Notes under the pieces: generated by a model
The model's database searches: none
What the model saw: only the letters and a program-made list of their open reading frames with translations
Told to the model about the DNA's origin: nothing
Made by a program: the position numbers and the translations under genes
Part shown: in pieces, positions 29,217 to 37,250 of the stretch
Layout of the letters: each line of letters begins with the position of its first letter
Numbering within the stretch: the stretch's first letter is position 1
Origin: an uncultured Spartobacteria bacterium
GTDB lineage: Bacteria; Verrucomicrobiota; Verrucomicrobiia; Chthoniobacterales; UBA6821
NCBI GenBank assembly: GCA_903868795.1
Contig: CAIPWR010000126.1
Span: forward strand, 5,172-69,171
Length of the DNA: 64,000 nt
Direction of reading: 5' to 3'

Positions 29217-29738
29217 ATGACTGATACGAACGCCTCGCGAAGCACAGAGGATCTCTGCAGCAGTTGTGGCATGTGCTGTGACGGCGTGCTCTTTCACTCG
29301 GTCGAGCTCCAATCGGGAGACCAACCCAGAAAGCTTTCTGCGCTCGGGCTGAAGATCCGCAAGCAGAAGGGGGTCGAATATTTCCTTCAGCCCTGCTCCG
29401 CTCACCGGGAAGTCGAGGGCAAATGCTCCTGTGTGATCTATGAGGATCGCCCGGTACGATGCCGCGCCTTTGACTGCCAACAGCTCCGAGGCGTTCTCGC
29501 GGGCGATATCACCCAGGAGGTGGCTCTGGTTAAAATCCGAGAGGCTCGGGAGAAGGTCGCTCTGGTCCATTCCCTCATGGCTCAGATTTCGGAGACGAAT
29601 CCCAATCGATCCCTCGCTCATCGTGTCGCGAATGCCCTCACCCTTCCGAAGGATGGCGTTCCATCACCTCAGCATGATGAGCTCAAGGTCGCCATGGAGC
29701 ATCTCGAGTCCTTCCTGGTAAAGGAATTCCGGGTTTAG
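29217..29738 (+). CDS. YkgJ-family cysteine-cluster protein
   Basis: 173 aa. CSSCGMCCDGVLF ... CSCVIYEDRPVRCRAFDC is the CxxCxxCC-type motif of UPF0153/YkgJ. Confidence 0.6.
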   Translation: MTDTNASRSTEDLCSSCGMCCDGVLFHSVELQSGDQPRKLSALGLKIRKQKGVEYFLQPCSAHREVEGKCSCVIYEDRPVRCRAFDCQQLRGVLAGDITQEVALVKIREAREKVALVHSLMAQISETNPNRSLAHRVANALTLPKDGVPSPQHDELKVAMEHLESFLVKEFRV

Positions 29739-29776
29739 TTAAGAACAACGTTCTCTAAATCTCGCCTCCGGCGTCC

Positions 29777-30808
29777 GTGAATACTCCTCTTCAGATTCTG
29801 GTCATCCGGCGCGATAATATTGGCGATCTGATCTGCACGACCCCGCTGCTCCACGGACTACGCCGGAAGTATCCCGATGCTCGAATCTCCGTTCTGGCTA
29901 GCAGTTACAATCTGGAGGTGCTGGAGAGAAATCCCGATGTGGATGAGGTCTTTGTTTTTCTCAAGAAGCATCAAAAGAGCCATGGACACGGGCGTCTGAG
30001 GATGCTTTGGAACCGTTGGCGCCTACGCCAGACAATCCGAGATCGCCGCTTCGATCACATCATCCTGGCCAATGGGGGCTGGCGCTATGCCCATACGCTT
30101 GGTGGGAAGCAGCTGATCGGATTCCGTGAACCCGGAGAGCCGGACCACCGTCAGCCCGACGTGCTGGCACCGGATCATGGAGGCTTTGACGAACATGCGG
30201 TTTCCAAGATGGCAAAGCTGGGTGCGCTCCTCGGCGCGAAGGAGACGTGCGGAGCCACGAAGCTTTTCCCCGATACAGATCTGGTCGCGAAGGAGCGGGC
30301 TCGTCTTGTCTCGTTGGGTTGGGATCCGAAAAGGGCCTCCGTGGCGCTTCACATCAGCTCTCGTAAGCCGGACCAGCGGTGGCCAGAGGAATCGTTCGTC
30401 GAACTTGCCAAGTCATTAACTGCCTCGGGGAACCTTCAGGTTCTGCTCTTCTGGTCACCCGGCGCCGAGAATGACCCCATGCATCCCGGTGACGATGGGA
30501 AAGCGCAGCGCATCCTCAATCGACTGCACGGTTTACCGGCCTTTCCCTGCCCCACTGCAGAAATCAAACAACTGATCGCCTCGCTTTCCCTCGCCGACCA
30601 AATGATCTGTAGCGATGGGGGAGCCATGCATGTCGCGGCGGCTTTGAATAAACCGATCGTCTGCTTCTTCGGCACCAGCTTCGTGCCCGAATGGCATCCG
30701 TGGGGAGTACCCTATATCGCTCTTCAGAAGCCTTCTCGGCAAGTCGCCGATATCACTGTTGAGGAAACAATCGCGGCTTTTGCCGAACTGCAGCGCAAAT
30801 TATTCTAG
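29777..30808 (+). CDS. glycosyltransferase family 9 (heptosyltransferase-like), paralog 2
   Basis: 343 aa. ILVIRRDNIGDLICTTPLLHGL...CSDGGAMHVAAALNKPIVCFFG. Clearly paralogous to 10307..11314. Confidence 0.8.
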   Translation: MNTPLQILVIRRDNIGDLICTTPLLHGLRRKYPDARISVLASSYNLEVLERNPDVDEVFVFLKKHQKSHGHGRLRMLWNRWRLRQTIRDRRFDHIILANGGWRYAHTLGGKQLIGFREPGEPDHRQPDVLAPDHGGFDEHAVSKMAKLGALLGAKETCGATKLFPDTDLVAKERARLVSLGWDPKRASVALHISSRKPDQRWPEESFVELAKSLTASGNLQVLLFWSPGAENDPMHPGDDGKAQRILNRLHGLPAFPCPTAEIKQLIASLSLADQMICSDGGAMHVAAALNKPIVCFFGTSFVPEWHPWGVPYIALQKPSRQVADITVEETIAAFAELQRKLF

Positions 30809-30954
30809 GATTGCTTTTCAGCTTTGAGATGAGTCGTGGTAACCATCGGCTGTTTTCCTGATCTTTGGGCTTTTCTCTCAGCGTCTCTGCACTTCTGCGC
30901 GAGTCCTTGTCATTATCGATGACCCAGTGATCGTGCCAGAAAGTGGCTGATGAA

Positions 30955-31688
30955 CTAGCGTCCGCTCACCGCCACATAGACTGTTCCGGTGGATTCTCCC
31001 CCGCGGATGGGGTTCGGAAAGCTCACGACGATCGCCTCCACCCGCACGAAGACCTCCCTGAGTCTTGAGCTGAATGCTTCGTCAGGTGACTCGTCCGACC
31101 ACATGGCGAATACTCCTCCAGGATGCAGATGACGGCGCAACGTCTGCAGTCCTTCCACGGTGTAGAATGCGCCGTGGCGTGGATTGAGCCAATGCTGCGG
31201 CGTGTGATCAATGTCCAGAAGGACGGCATGAAATCTAGCTCCTGGGGACTCCGTGTGAAATCCAAGCTCCGGATGGGCCGCGAGGGCGAAGAAATCGCCC
31301 TCGACGTACCGTGTCCGCGGGTCGGATGAGAGACCCGCGCCCAGCGGCACCATCCCCCTCTGATGCCACCGGATCACAGGCGCCAGATAGTCAATGATGC
31401 TGAGAGATCCCACCTTTGGATTTTCAGCGCAGCCGCGGCCGTGTACCCGAGCCCGAGACCTCCGACGACGACATGCAGCAACTCTCCCTCGGGCGCTTCC
31501 ACGGCAGCCAGCCCCAGATCGGCAAGAGCCTCCTCAACCACATGGAAGAGACTGCTCATCAGAAATTCCCCGTTGAGGATGATCTCGTGAACGACCTCGT
31601 TCTCCAGCATGGGAATCTTGCGCCTCCTCAGGATCAGCTCTCCCAGCGGCGTCGCGCAGTAATCAAGCTCTTCGAAGGATTTTTCCAT
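30955..31688 (-). pseudogene. spermidine-synthase-like SAM methyltransferase-fold gene split by a 1-nt frameshift
   Basis: Track ORFs 31374..31763 and 30955..31413 overlap in different frames. The first carries ...HVVVGGLGLGYTAAAAL, then goes out of frame. The second carries GSLSIIDYLAPVIRW...FHAVLLDIDHTP...GGVFAMWS. Together they form one enzyme. The break is near 31423-31427 (CTG-AAAAT). N-terminal Met26 (31688) is taken as the start. Confidence 0.6.
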
Positions 31689-31702
31689 TCGATTTTCTAC
31701 CC

Positions 31703-33421
31703 TCAGTTCCGAGCACGGCGCCGGGCCTCTCGGCTGTTGGCGTGACCTCCCTGACTCCACCAAGCGGGTGCAGGAGCGGGTGCCTTTCCCACGGCTTTAG
31801 TGTTAGATTTTGATTTAGACTTCGCCGGATGGTTCTTTCCGGTCAATCGCTTGGCAACTTTCCCAGCTTCGATCTTCCGATACATCTCCAGACGGCAGTT
31901 GAATCCCCCAAGATCGACTGTCCTCTGGTATTCCCTCTGCAACGTTGGATCCGTGGGTTCGGTGCGCAGAGGATTCACAAAGACAAGGCGCCCTCCGATG
32001 CGCAGAGCGCGGGATGCAGCGGCATAGAGATCGGCGAAGAGCCCCTGCATATCTTTGATACGGACTCGTCGGCCGAGTGGAGGGTTCGTGATGATCAGGG
32101 AGATGCTTCCGGGAGCGATGGGCGCTTTCCTGAAATCACACTCCGTGAAGGTGCTTGTCGTCGATGTACCCATTCCCTCGATCTTTGCTCCGTCGAAATT
32201 AGCCCGGGCAACCCCGATCGCCCTGGGATCAAGATCCGTACCATAAACAGCCGTGACCCCGCCCAGCAGTCCGCGCTCGATGAGCTCCAACCCCGAGCCA
32301 CAGAAGGGATCCCACACCACCTCGTCATCGGAAAATCCTGCCAGACGCGCCATGCAGGCTGCTAGTGGCGGGTGCGAAGCGGCTGCGATGTCCTCCTGCC
32401 TGTAGCCTAGCCTCGGGTCGGGATAAAGCCGTGGGCGCAGTTCGACAACCGATTCCCCACGGCTCGTTGGCATCACGTCGATCGACCAAGGCGCCTGCCG
32501 GGCATCATTCAAAATCTCGGGACAGAGGGCGTAGGCGCGATCGATCACCTGACGGATAGCGCCGCGCTGGTGGCCGCGTCCCGCAAGTTCCATCCGGTAT
32601 CGGGGAACACCCTCGGTGCCGTTGAGCATCAGATCGCGGGCTCGCTCCGAGGCGATGCATCGGGCCAGGGGCTCCACCCACTTCGGCCCCTCCTCTCCGC
32701 TCACCGTTCCGAGGGGAAAGGCCACCGTTGCAAAGCACCGTATTCGGTAGAGCGAGGCCAATTGGAATTCCTTCAGCGGCTTCAGCGTCACGCATCCAGG
32801 CTTGGCTGATTCAATCAGCCATTCCATCGGGGAGAGTTTTTCCTCAGCCTCTTCGCGAACGAATTCCTCCAGTCCACGGCGGCAACGCAGGAGCACTCGC
32901 ATTTCTGAGTCCCCACGACGGAGGGGAAGCCATGCATCGAGAAGGACCCCTCCCGCATCTTCCTTGCGCGAGACACCCGCCTTCACCTTCTGCACCGTGA
33001 TGGCCGGCAGCGCGATTCCCTCTTCGATCATCTCGAGCGTTGCCTCGCCGCCGACCTTCTCCAGAGCGCGTCCCAGATGGTGCATCTCGCGGCCCGCTTT
33101 CTCCTCACCCACATTCTTTAGAAGGGACAGCATCTCGCGTTCTCCTTCTTCCCCGGCACCGATCTTTGGCAGTGCGGTGAGGGCATAACGTCGGATCTTC
33201 TCCTGCGGGTCTTTCAGTAAGGTGATCAGCCACTCTCGGACAGCGGCTTTTTCCTCCTCGGTCCCGAAGCGCGAGAAGATCATCCCGACCGCTCTGATCA
33301 CGGCCACGTGCTCCAGACGCTCACGGGGTGACGCCGTATTGAAGCGTGCTACCTCCCCATTCCAGAGTTCCTCCTTGGGAAGATCGCGCAGCCGCTTGTA
33401 GAGATCTTGATCCGACTTCAT
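31703..33421 (-). CDS. class I SAM-dependent RNA methyltransferase (UPF0020/THUMP-type) with HEAT-like N-terminus and basic tail
   Basis: 572 aa. DPFCGSGLELIERG (motif I) and IITNPPLGRRV (NPPxG catalytic motif). N-terminal HEAT-like LLKDPQEKIRRYALTALPKIG. C-terminal K/S/A/P/R-rich tail. Confidence 0.6.
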   Translation of the reverse strand: MKSDQDLYKRLRDLPKEELWNGEVARFNTASPRERLEHVAVIRAVGMIFSRFGTEEEKAAVREWLITLLKDPQEKIRRYALTALPKIGAGEEGEREMLSLLKNVGEEKAGREMHHLGRALEKVGGEATLEMIEEGIALPAITVQKVKAGVSRKEDAGGVLLDAWLPLRRGDSEMRVLLRCRRGLEEFVREEAEEKLSPMEWLIESAKPGCVTLKPLKEFQLASLYRIRCFATVAFPLGTVSGEEGPKWVEPLARCIASERARDLMLNGTEGVPRYRMELAGRGHQRGAIRQVIDRAYALCPEILNDARQAPWSIDVMPTSRGESVVELRPRLYPDPRLGYRQEDIAAASHPPLAACMARLAGFSDDEVVWDPFCGSGLELIERGLLGGVTAVYGTDLDPRAIGVARANFDGAKIEGMGTSTTSTFTECDFRKAPIAPGSISLIITNPPLGRRVRIKDMQGLFADLYAAASRALRIGGRLVFVNPLRTEPTDPTLQREYQRTVDLGGFNCRLEMYRKIEAGKVAKRLTGKNHPAKSKSKSNTKAVGKAPAPAPAWWSQGGHANSREARRRARN

Positions 33422-33549
33422 CGGAGTATCATGCCCGCTTGAGGCGCAGAACCGAGTTTTAATCTCCGCCGGCTTCCCCTTCCTTCATTTGTTTACTGAA
33501 GTTTTTTTGGACTCGGATCGGATCCCACCCTACAAAAGGGGCACACCTC

Positions 33550-33939
33550 ATGAAGCGATTTCTTCCCCTCCTGGCCGTATTGCTTGTATCGGCCTGCACT
33601 TCCCACCTGCAGCAGAAAGAAAATTTTCTTCGTGAAGCCGGGTTCCTAGCCGTGCGGCCGACAACCCCCAAGCAGATCGCGAAAGCCCAGGCCCTCCATC
33701 CGGGGAAGATCACTCAGATCACGCGCAAGGGACACACGCTTTATGTCTTCTCGGATCCCAGCAAGCATCTGCTCCTTCTTGGAGGCACTACCCAGTTTGA
33801 GCACTATCAGCAGATCCTTTATAAAAAGCAGGTCGATCCCGCGATCGAGAACCATGCCTTTGACAAGGCCCTCGAGTATGATGACTACGCCTGGGGCGGC
33901 ATGATGGGCCCCTACTTCGGCATGCCGATGTTCTACTAA
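33550..33939 (+). CDS. lipoprotein of unknown function, tandem paralog A
   Basis: 129 aa. Lipobox LLVSAC. Homologous along its length to the next gene. Confidence 0.55.
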   Translation: MKRFLPLLAVLLVSACTSHLQQKENFLREAGFLAVRPTTPKQIAKAQALHPGKITQITRKGHTLYVFSDPSKHLLLLGGTTQFEHYQQILYKKQVDPAIENHAFDKALEYDDYAWGGMMGPYFGMPMFY

Positions 33940-33952
33940 CCACCACCACTCC

Positions 33953-34354
33953 ATGAAACAATCCATCCGCCACCTCCCGCTTCTTGCCCTCCTGTTCCTT
34001 GCGCTTGTTCTGTCGGCGTGCGCCTCTCATCTGCAGAAGAAGGAGAGCTTCCTGACTCAAGCGGGCTTTCGCACGGTGAAGCCATCGACCCCCGAGCAGA
34101 TCGCCCACTTCCAATCTCTGCCTTCCGGTCACATCCGCCATGAAGAGCGGAATGGGAAGACCCTCTATATGCTGGCCGACAGCTCCAAGAACCTCCTGCT
34201 GGTTGGCGGCGAGGCCGAGTACGCACAATACCAGGAGATCCTCTACTCCAAGGAAGTGGAGCCGGGTAAGAAAGCGGACAAGATCACCAAGGGGATCGCT
34301 AACATCTGGGATCAAGGCTGGGGATCCGTCCTCGGCTCCATGGTCCCGCAATAG
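33953..34354 (+). CDS. lipoprotein of unknown function, tandem paralog B
   Basis: 133 aa. Lipobox LVLSAC. Shares blocks SHLQxKExFLxxAGF..V.P.TP.QIA and LLL.GG...Y..YQ.ILY.K.V.P with paralog A. Confidence 0.55.
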   Translation: MKQSIRHLPLLALLFLALVLSACASHLQKKESFLTQAGFRTVKPSTPEQIAHFQSLPSGHIRHEERNGKTLYMLADSSKNLLLVGGEAEYAQYQEILYSKEVEPGKKADKITKGIANIWDQGWGSVLGSMVPQ

Positions 34355-34376
34355 ACGCACCACGCCTCTCACCTTC

Positions 34377-34946
34377 ATGAACGTTCCACGCATCCTGGCC
34401 TTCGGTGGCAGTCTCCGTAAGGATTCCTACAATCAGAAACTTGCTGCTATCGCCGCCGAGGGAGCGAGAGAAGCGGGCGCCGAGGTCACGCTGATCTCGT
34501 TGCGTGATTTTCCGATGCCGCTCTTTGATCAGGACCTCGAAGCTGCGCATGGGATGCCTGCTGAGGCCAAGCGCCTCAAGGAACTCTTCCTCTCGCATCA
34601 GGGGCTACTGATTGCCTCGCCGGAATACAATAGCGGCTACTCCGCCGCTCTGAAGAATGCCATCGACTGGGTTTCTCGAAGCGAAACGTCCGACGAACCT
34701 GCACTCTCAGCCCTGGCGGGTAAAAGCGCCGTCATCATGGCCGCCTCTCCCGGAGGCCTCGGCGGTCTCCGCGGATTGGTTCCCCTCCGCATGCTCCTTG
34801 GCAACCTCGGCATCACCCTGCTCCCTGACCAGATGGCGATCCCCTCGGCCTTTCAGGCCTTCGGCCCGGACGGCCACCTCGTCGATCCCAAACAGGAAGA
34901 GAAGGTGAAAGCCCTCGGTGCAGCGCTAGCGGTGCAGTTGAAGTAG
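34377..34946 (+). CDS. NADPH-dependent FMN reductase family protein
   Basis: ORF 34140..34946 trimmed to Met80. ILAFGGSLRKDSYNQKLA...LLIASPEYNSGYSAALKNAIDWVSR is the FMN_red signature. Its last 49 codons are duplicated at 36270-36416. Confidence 0.8.
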   Translation: MNVPRILAFGGSLRKDSYNQKLAAIAAEGAREAGAEVTLISLRDFPMPLFDQDLEAAHGMPAEAKRLKELFLSHQGLLIASPEYNSGYSAALKNAIDWVSRSETSDEPALSALAGKSAVIMAASPGGLGGLRGLVPLRMLLGNLGITLLPDQMAIPSAFQAFGPDGHLVDPKQEEKVKALGAALAVQLK

Positions 34947-35023
34947 CAACTCGTTTGATTCGCGGCTGAACTGGAATCTGCCATCCCACGCGCCTCTGCG
35001 TGAGTCATAGTTTAAAGCGTTGT

Positions 35024-36121
35024 TTATCGAAGGGAGACGTTGCTCAGGAGTTGGAAGAGAGGCTCATTGATGAAGAAGTTCGACTTCCCCCTCTTCTCTT
35101 TGCGGAGGATTCCTTCGGCGACGAGCTGCTCCAGATATTTCGATGCGGTGACACGCGAGACTCCGAGATCCTTCTCCACGAACTCGATCTTCGTGTAGGG
35201 ATGGTGGAAGAGATTGTTGAGCAGATCCTGCGAATAGATTTTCTCAAGCCGCGTCCGGATCCGCTCCTTCGTCTCCTGCATGAGATCGCGGAGCGACTTC
35301 ACCAGGGCGATCTCACTCCGGGCGGTCATGGAGACGCCGCGGACCATGTAGAGACACCACTCCTTCCAGAGTCCCTTGTCCCGGGCTTCCTGCAGGAGCC
35401 TGTAGTATTCCCCCTTGGTCGTGGTGATGTAGCGGCTCAGGTAGAGCACAGGGAGATCGAGGAGTCCCTCCCTCTGCAGGATCAACAAATTCAGGATACG
35501 CCCCGTCCGACCGTTCCCATCGTAGAAGGGATGAATGCTCTCGAACTGGTGATGGGCGATTGCCATGCGAAGGATCGGGTTCAGATCATCCTCGGCATGG
35601 AGAAATGAGATGAGATTGTCCATCAGGGCTTCCACCTCGGCGGCACTTTGCGGTGGCTCATAGACAATCCGGCCTGTGGCGGGATTTTTCAGAACAGTTC
35701 CGGGGAGTTTCCGCAGGCCTGCCTTTCTCGGTTCGATCCGCGCCTGCACATCCAGCAGCGTTTTCAGCCGGATCAGACCGCTCTGACGGACATCATCGAA
35801 TCCCACTTGCAGGGCCTCGACATAGTGACGCACCTCCTTCACAGCACCGGGAGCAGCCTCCTCCTCACGGTCCGCGAAGATCTCATCGTGGCTCGTGATG
35901 ATATTCTCGATCTCGGAGCTGTCCTTGGCCTCCTGAATGGCAAGCGTACTGATCAGGATCGACTGGTTTGGCAGGGATTCGCAGAGCCCTTTTAGTTCGG
36001 CAAGATGGCGCTCCGCCTCGGCAACAGCCATCCAGACCTCTCGGCAATCGAGCATCGAGAGATCAGAGATGGGAAGAGGAGATAGCGTGGACATAGATAG
36101 AAACGGTCGAAATCTTTTCAC
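35024..36121 (-). CDS. fic: Fic family protein (AMPylase-type) with N-terminal inhibitory motif and C-terminal wHTH
   Basis: 365 aa. Catalytic loop HPFYDGNGRTGR. SSEIEN fits the (S/T)xxxE(G/N) auto-inhibition helix. C-terminal GVSRVTASKYLEQLVAEGIL. Confidence 0.9.
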   Translation of the reverse strand: MKRFRPFLSMSTLSPLPISDLSMLDCREVWMAVAEAERHLAELKGLCESLPNQSILISTLAIQEAKDSSEIENIITSHDEIFADREEEAAPGAVKEVRHYVEALQVGFDDVRQSGLIRLKTLLDVQARIEPRKAGLRKLPGTVLKNPATGRIVYEPPQSAAEVEALMDNLISFLHAEDDLNPILRMAIAHHQFESIHPFYDGNGRTGRILNLLILQREGLLDLPVLYLSRYITTTKGEYYRLLQEARDKGLWKEWCLYMVRGVSMTARSEIALVKSLRDLMQETKERIRTRLEKIYSQDLLNNLFHHPYTKIEFVEKDLGVSRVTASKYLEQLVAEGILRKEKRGKSNFFINEPLFQLLSNVSLR

Positions 36122-36269
36122 GAATCACAAAATGTGTAAAGAAAAACTCTTATTCTATGCGTGATTCCTGCTTCATGCATAGAACATGGCGTCCGCATCG
36201 ACACACTCGGGAACTCATGCAAAGAAAAGTGTTTTCTCTATGCATATCCACCGCAAACGGTCTCCCTTG

Positions 36270-36416
36270 GGCAACCTTGGCATCACCCTGCTCCCCGACC
36301 AGATTGCGATCCCCTCGGCCTTTCAGGCCTTCGGCCCGGACGGCCACCTCGTTGACCCCAAACAGGAAGCCAAAGTCAAAGCCCTCGGCGCCACGCTGGT
36401 AGAGAATCTGAAGTAT
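36270..36416 (+). pseudogene. orphan duplicate of the FMN-reductase 3' end (last 48 codons, stop mutated to TAT)
   Basis: GNLGITLLPDQIAIPSAFQAFGPDGHLVDPKQEAKVKALGATLVENLK compared with residues of 34800-34946 gives 42/48 aa identical. There are about 20 nt mismatches in 147 by hand alignment. The offset is exactly 1470 nt with no indels. No upstream coding part exists. Confidence 0.75.
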
Positions 36417-36557
36417 GCTTGGGATTTATGGCGCAAGGCGGTGTTGCTGCTCGCTTGCAGTAGTTCACTACAGCGGCACTCGCGACGCCTAGCCCTATCC
36501 AAACTTCCAACCCGTAGAATACACGGTAGCCTTTCAGAAATGGCTTACTTTTGGATA

Positions 36558-36586
36558 TTGACTTACTTTTTTGCCGTTCGTAAGAT
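36558..36586 (+). promoter_or_regulatory. sigma70-like promoter TTGACT-N17-TAAGAT upstream of the antitoxin gene
   Basis: TTGACT at 36558-36563, a 17-nt spacer, TAAGAT at 36581-36586. The ATG at 36597 lies only 10 nt after the -10 element, giving a near-leaderless transcript. The 9-bp direct repeat CTTACTTTT at 36544 and 36562 overlaps the -35. Confidence 0.35.
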
Positions 36587-36596
36587 TTATTCAAGC

Positions 36597-36830
36597 ATGA
36601 CTACTGAAACCATCACCTTCACCACCAAGGGACAGGTTGTGATCCCTGCTCCAATCCGCCGTATGTTCGGCATTGAGGAGGGTACCAAAGGGGCGGTAAC
36701 CGTGACGGAAGATGGGATCCTGATCCGCCCCATCACGAAGGCCTACATCAGCGGTCTGCGCGGATCGCTGAAGCACCTCCCCCTGATGGAAGTGCTGACC
36801 GAGGATCGCGTGCGCGAACGAGATCTCTAA
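36597..36830 (+). CDS. AbrB/MazE/SpoVT-family antitoxin (VapB-like)
   Basis: 77 aa (Met138 of track ORF 36186..36830). TKGQVVIPAPIRRMFGIEEGTKGAVTVTEDGILIRP is the swapped-hairpin SpoVT/AbrB motif. Ends 1 nt before the PIN gene. Confidence 0.75.
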   Translation: MTTETITFTTKGQVVIPAPIRRMFGIEEGTKGAVTVTEDGILIRPITKAYISGLRGSLKHLPLMEVLTEDRVRERDL

Positions 36831-36831
36831 A

Positions 36832-37239
36832 ATGGCTGCCAAGGTACTCGATAGCTGGGCGCTCCTAGCGTTCTACAAAGACGAACCATGCGCTTCCGAA
36901 GTGGAAAAACTTATCCAGCAGGCTGCTGACAAAGGAAGGCCCCTCCTCCTCAGCGTGATCAACTGGGCTGAGATCCACTACTCCCTCGAGAGAGCTGGTG
37001 GCAAAGCTGTCGCTGAGAGGGTCGCCGAGCAAATCGCCGAACTTCCGATCCAAGTGGTCGGCGTTGGTGATGATATGAAGACCGCTCGAACTGCCGCTGC
37101 ATTCAAGGCAGCGAACAAGATGAGTCTTGCTGATGCCTTTGCCGCGGCCCTAGCCAAGGAGAAGAAAGCCGAACTCGTAACAGGTGATCCTGAGTTCAAG
37201 GCATTAGAAGGTCAGATCAAGATCCATTGGCTCAAGTAA
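36832..37239 (+). CDS. vapC: PIN-domain toxin (VapC-like)
   Basis: 135 aa. N-terminal VLDSWALLAF (Asp), INWAEIHY (Glu), LADAFAAALA and TGDPEF acidic positions are typical of PIN/VapC. Confidence 0.8.
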   Translation: MAAKVLDSWALLAFYKDEPCASEVEKLIQQAADKGRPLLLSVINWAEIHYSLERAGGKAVAERVAEQIAELPIQVVGVGDDMKTARTAAAFKAANKMSLADAFAAALAKEKKAELVTGDPEFKALEGQIKIHWLK

Positions 37240-37250
37240 CCGTACTTTTT

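Noticed and set aside
36186-36830. 214-aa ORF treated as a single gene
   Set aside because: It is a chimera of read-through. Its first part is the displaced FMN-reductase 3' fragment with a mutated stop, its middle is junk, and its last 77 aa are the real AbrB-type antitoxin, which has its own promoter and ATG at 36597.
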